From contig JAWBBW010000001.1 in the NCBI GenBank assembly GCA_038824035.1, positions 64,001 through 128,000 of the forward strand: a DNA stretch of 64,000 bases. Reading direction: 5' to 3'. This DNA is from Desulfurococcaceae archaeon (GTDB lineage: Archaea; Thermoproteota; Thermoprotei_A; Sulfolobales; Desulfurococcaceae). Shown here piece after piece: positions 60,542 through 64,000 of the stretch. The notes under the pieces are model-generated. The model made no database searches. It was not told the origin of the DNA and saw only the letters and a list, made by a program, of their open reading frames with translations. How positions within the stretch are numbered: position 1 is the first letter of the stretch; each line of letters opens with the position of its first letter. The position numbers and the translations under genes were made by a program.

Positions 60542-62830
60542 TTATATGAACTGCGTGATGGCTGTGAAATAGTGTCTCCTCTCATATACAACGGTTCTCT
60601 CCCCCACGACCTCAAACGAGCTCTCCAATACTATATCTTCAGCGTTCTTTCCAATCATGACCTTGTAAACACCTGGTTCGATCACCAGTTTGAAGTCCGC
60701 GTCATAGTATGCTAGTGATTCGATTGGAACCCTGAACACTATCTTCTTCTTCTCGCCTGGATTTAAATAGATCTTGCAGAACCCTTTCAATTCCCTCAAA
60801 GGCCTGGTCACGCTTGAGTAATCCCTTGAGATATATAATTGCACCACTTCTTTACCAGGGTATTTACCAGTGTTCTCTACCGTGACCCCTATCTCCACGA
60901 ACCCGAATACAGTGGTTTGCTTCGGCTTCACAATAAGATCGTTGTATTCGAACTCTGTATAACTGAGTCCATAGCCAAATGGGAACAAAGGCTTTGAATC
61001 CATATCTATGTAGCTCCTAAAGGAGGAGGGTTTTCTCGAGTAATATACTGGTATTTGACCAATGTCCTTTGGTATGGAGATTGGTAACCTGCCAGAGGGG
61101 TTCACATCACCGAAGATCACATCGGCTATCGCGTTGCCACCCTCTTCTCCGGGAAACCAGGCTTCTATGACAGCGTCTACGTATTGTAATATGTTCGTCA
61201 CGGCCAATGGCCTTCCATTGATCAACACGAGGACTATGGGTTTACCGGTCTTACTGAGCTCTTTTATCAACTCCTCCTGTATGCCTGGCAATCTCAGTGA
61301 TGCCCTGTCAACTCCTTCTCCCGATGTGTGTTGAGCGATCTCCTTGTTTAAGCCAAACCAAGCTGGATCTAAACCACTTTTCTCACCCATAACGGCCACT
61401 ACGACATCAGCGTTCATAGCGACCTCAATCGCTTCTTTGAAACCACTCCTATCCTGTGAATCTATATCACAGCCCTTGGCATACAATACCCTTGTCCTAC
61501 CGGAGACCTTGTTCTTAATCCCCTCCAGCACGGTGATCACTTTAACCGATATCCCCTCTCCTGGAACATGGGCATCGTAATGGTAGTCGCCAAGCATATT
61601 TCTAGGCGACGCCGCATTAGGCCCTATTACAGCTATTGATCCTATGTCTTTCGGCAACGGTAGAATGCCGTTATTCTTAAGCAACACTATGGATTCTCTC
61701 GCCGCTTCTAATGCCAACCTCCTATGAACCTCGTTGTCAAGGGTTTCGGGGACATTTAACTCATCGATAAATGGGTTTTCAAATAAACCAAGCATATGTT
61801 TCAATCTCAACACACGCTCAACTGCCCGGTCAATTATTGATTGCGATATCAGGCCATCTCTAACAGCATCCACGAGCTGGTCAAAACACTCTATGTCGAG
61901 GAAATTGAGGTCGACTCCTGCTTCAAGTGCTAGCTTAAAGGCCGTGGTACAGTCCTTCGCAATCTTGTGTATACTGTGTAATTGCAATATGCCGTTGTAA
62001 TCTGATACCACTATTCCTCTAAATCCCCATTCACGCCTTAACACATCTGTCAATAGCCATTTATTTGCATGACAAGGTATACCGTCTATTTCGTGGTAGG
62101 CGGGCATAATTGCTAGTAAACCCCCTAGTTTCACAGCGACCTCGAATGGGTATAGATGTTGCTCCATGAACTCCCTTAACCCCAGATGTACCTGGGCGAT
62201 GTTTCTCCCACCTTCGGGGAATCCATGCCCGGCGAAATGCTTACCTGTCGCAACCACTCCTTTCGAGATATCCTCGGTTTGCAACCCAGTTATGTATTTC
62301 AAGCCCATTGATGCAACCAGGTATGGATCCTCGCCATATGTTTCCTCACATCTACCCCACCTAGGATCTCTACATAGGTCTAGGACGGGGGATAGGCAAT
62401 GACGTGAGCCGATCAACATGGCTTGCTCCCTGATAGCTGAGGCGATCCTCTCAATTAGTTCAGGGTTCCATGTCGATGCAAGCCCTATCGCCTGTGGGAA
62501 AACCGTTGCAGTGGGGGCCATTAATCCCGCTAAACACTCCTCATGTATAATGGCTGGTATTCCAAGCCTTGTTTTCTCCTTTAAAAACCTCTGCACGGCA
62601 TTCGCTATCTTAGCTGCCTCTCTTGGTTTAAGCCTCAACCTGGAACCACCTATCCTGGTGATTTGCCCTATACCATGTGCCAAGTATTCCTTGGCCTTGG
62701 CTTCGCTGAATTCTTTGCCATCTAGGAGCTTGTCAACGGGGATTGACTGTAATTGCGCGATCTTTTCCTCAATGCTCATTTTACCCAGGAGCTCGTCTAC
62801 TAGGTGGGCATTGGTCAAACCATTGATCAC
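60542..62830 (-). CDS. GH3 beta-glucosidase/beta-xylosidase
   Basis: DPRWGR.EETYGEDP, KHFAGH, VSDY, EGVDR, FPFGYGLSY, Fn3-like C-terminus. Confidence 0.95.
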   Translation of the reverse strand: MINGLTNAHLVDELLGKMSIEEKIAQLQSIPVDKLLDGKEFSEAKAKEYLAHGIGQITRIGGSRLRLKPREAAKIANAVQRFLKEKTRLGIPAIIHEECLAGLMAPTATVFPQAIGLASTWNPELIERIASAIREQAMLIGSRHCLSPVLDLCRDPRWGRCEETYGEDPYLVASMGLKYITGLQTEDISKGVVATGKHFAGHGFPEGGRNIAQVHLGLREFMEQHLYPFEVAVKLGGLLAIMPAYHEIDGIPCHANKWLLTDVLRREWGFRGIVVSDYNGILQLHSIHKIAKDCTTAFKLALEAGVDLNFLDIECFDQLVDAVRDGLISQSIIDRAVERVLRLKHMLGLFENPFIDELNVPETLDNEVHRRLALEAARESIVLLKNNGILPLPKDIGSIAVIGPNAASPRNMLGDYHYDAHVPGEGISVKVITVLEGIKNKVSGRTRVLYAKGCDIDSQDRSGFKEAIEVAMNADVVVAVMGEKSGLDPAWFGLNKEIAQHTSGEGVDRASLRLPGIQEELIKELSKTGKPIVLVLINGRPLAVTNILQYVDAVIEAWFPGEEGGNAIADVIFGDVNPSGRLPISIPKDIGQIPVYYSRKPSSFRSYIDMDSKPLFPFGYGLSYTEFEYNDLIVKPKQTTVFGFVEIGVTVENTGKYPGKEVVQLYISRDYSSVTRPLRELKGFCKIYLNPGEKKKIVFRVPIESLAYYDADFKLVIEPGVYKVMIGKNAEDIVLESSFEVVGERTVVYERRHYFTAITQFI

Positions 62831-62947
62831 CAGGATCCATCTTATATATGTGTATATGTAAGGTTTTAAAAAGTGATTTAACCAGTTAATATCCGGTAAC
62901 GCGATGCCATGAACAGGTAGGTCAGTAATATAGGTGATGTATCGATA

Positions 62948-64000
62948 TCACTGCCTATTTCCACGTTGCTTCTTGGAGTAAATAGTGCTGTATATCAGGG
63001 TGGTCAACATCGTAAACAATAACGTAACTATTGTGGATCCCAGTGATGAGCCTATCTGTGTGAACACCGGTATCTCAAGCCCCGGTATAAGACTCGAGCC
63101 AGCTAGGGATATGTACATGGCGAATCCGATCAGCCACACTGCCACGTTGAGTTTCCTAAACCCAGGTATTGATCCATCTCTCCACTCCATGTATTCATTT
63201 CTCGAAACCACGTAATCACCGATCATCACTCCTATTAAACTAGTAAAAGCACCTCCTATCATTAGCAGGAACCACTCGTATTTCTCAACTGGGAAGAACA
63301 CGCCGAGCAATATGCCGGCGATCCCCGCGTAGATTATTTGTCTCCTCGCATCGATGTCTACGAGGATGTTCTTGACACTAATGCCCGCGCTGTATACATC
63401 TAGAAATGTCGTGGTCGTCGTGAATAGTATTATCAATAACATGGCCGGTATCCCGAGACCGTACGTAGCTATAATGCTCACAGGATCCATTAAATTGGCC
63501 ATGGCATTGGACAACGCGCCTAAGACGTAAAACAACGTGCTTGAGATAAAATACCCCACATAACTTCCCCAGAAAGCGTCTCGAGGTCTCTTGGCGAACC
63601 TGGTGTAATCAGCTATTAATGGCGCCCATGAAACAGGCATTGCGATGACAAGGTCCAATCCAAGCCAAAACCTGTGGTCTAGTATCAATGGCTCTTTGAA
63701 AAGCCCTATGATATCGTGGTTCATAAACATGAGTATTGTCAACCAGGCGACAACGATGGCCAATGCGATCACCGATATTTTCTCGATCAATCTCCATCTC
63801 TCAGGCCCTATAATACTCCACCAGATCACGGCTAACCCGATGACCACTATGAATAGCCATTTGAGGTCAACGGGGTTATTTGATAACTCGCTCACTACAT
63901 GGTTGGATGCCAATGCAGCAACGATCAACATTACAGCTGTCCAACCTATTAATTGAATGTAATTCATCGCGGAGGCCATGTAAGAGCCTTTTCGACCAAG
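62948..64000 (-). CDS. Nucleobase:cation symporter-1 permease (CytX-like), N-terminus beyond the window
   Basis: NYIQLIGW, AMPVSWAPLIADYTR, TTTTFLDVYS. Confidence 0.85.
   Translation of the reverse strand, partial: LGRKGSYMASAMNYIQLIGWTAVMLIVAALASNHVVSELSNNPVDLKWLFIVVIGLAVIWWSIIGPERWRLIEKISVIALAIVVAWLTILMFMNHDIIGLFKEPLILDHRFWLGLDLVIAMPVSWAPLIADYTRFAKRPRDAFWGSYVGYFISSTLFYVLGALSNAMANLMDPVSIIATYGLGIPAMLLIILFTTTTTFLDVYSAGISVKNILVDIDARRQIIYAGIAGILLGVFFPVEKYEWFLLMIGGAFTSLIGVMIGDYVVSRNEYMEWRDGSIPGFRKLNVAVWLIGFAMYISLAGSSLIPGLEIPVFTQIGSSLGSTIVTLLFTMLTTLIYSTIYSKKQRGNRQ

Overview
Gene-dense chromosomal segment of a hyperthermophilic crenarchaeon, most consistent with Desulfurococcales (inferred from archaeal ProRS/AspRS, S25e, Cdc6/Orc1, tungsten-type AOR, SerK, TrpB2 and BHB-intron tRNAs). 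It holds about 60 mostly housekeeping/metabolic CDSs, five tRNAs (Ile-GAT, Gly-CCC, iMet-CAT, Thr-GGT, His-GTG; three with introns), a decayed DUF438-type pseudogene and several intergenic box C/D guide RNA candidates. I saw no CRISPR array, transposase or integrase. The most striking unannotated element is a ~140-nt GC-rich RNA at 32020-32159. It folds as a K-turn-capped H/ACA-type hairpin whose pocket is complementary to the loop of its own second hairpin, and the whole is closed by a bulge-helix-bulge-like motif, suggesting a self-targeting and possibly circular RNA. Also notable: a leader/trailer-clamped pre-tRNA-iMet, a predicted guide for 16S C1402 with degenerate terminal boxes, an Mre11/Rad50-less nurA-herA pair divergent from a DHH-HDAC-CYTH-Cas4 operon, and a perfect 24-bp palindrome at the padR-ino1 promoter. 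All calls come from reading motifs and pairing bases by eye; no searches or folding programs were run.
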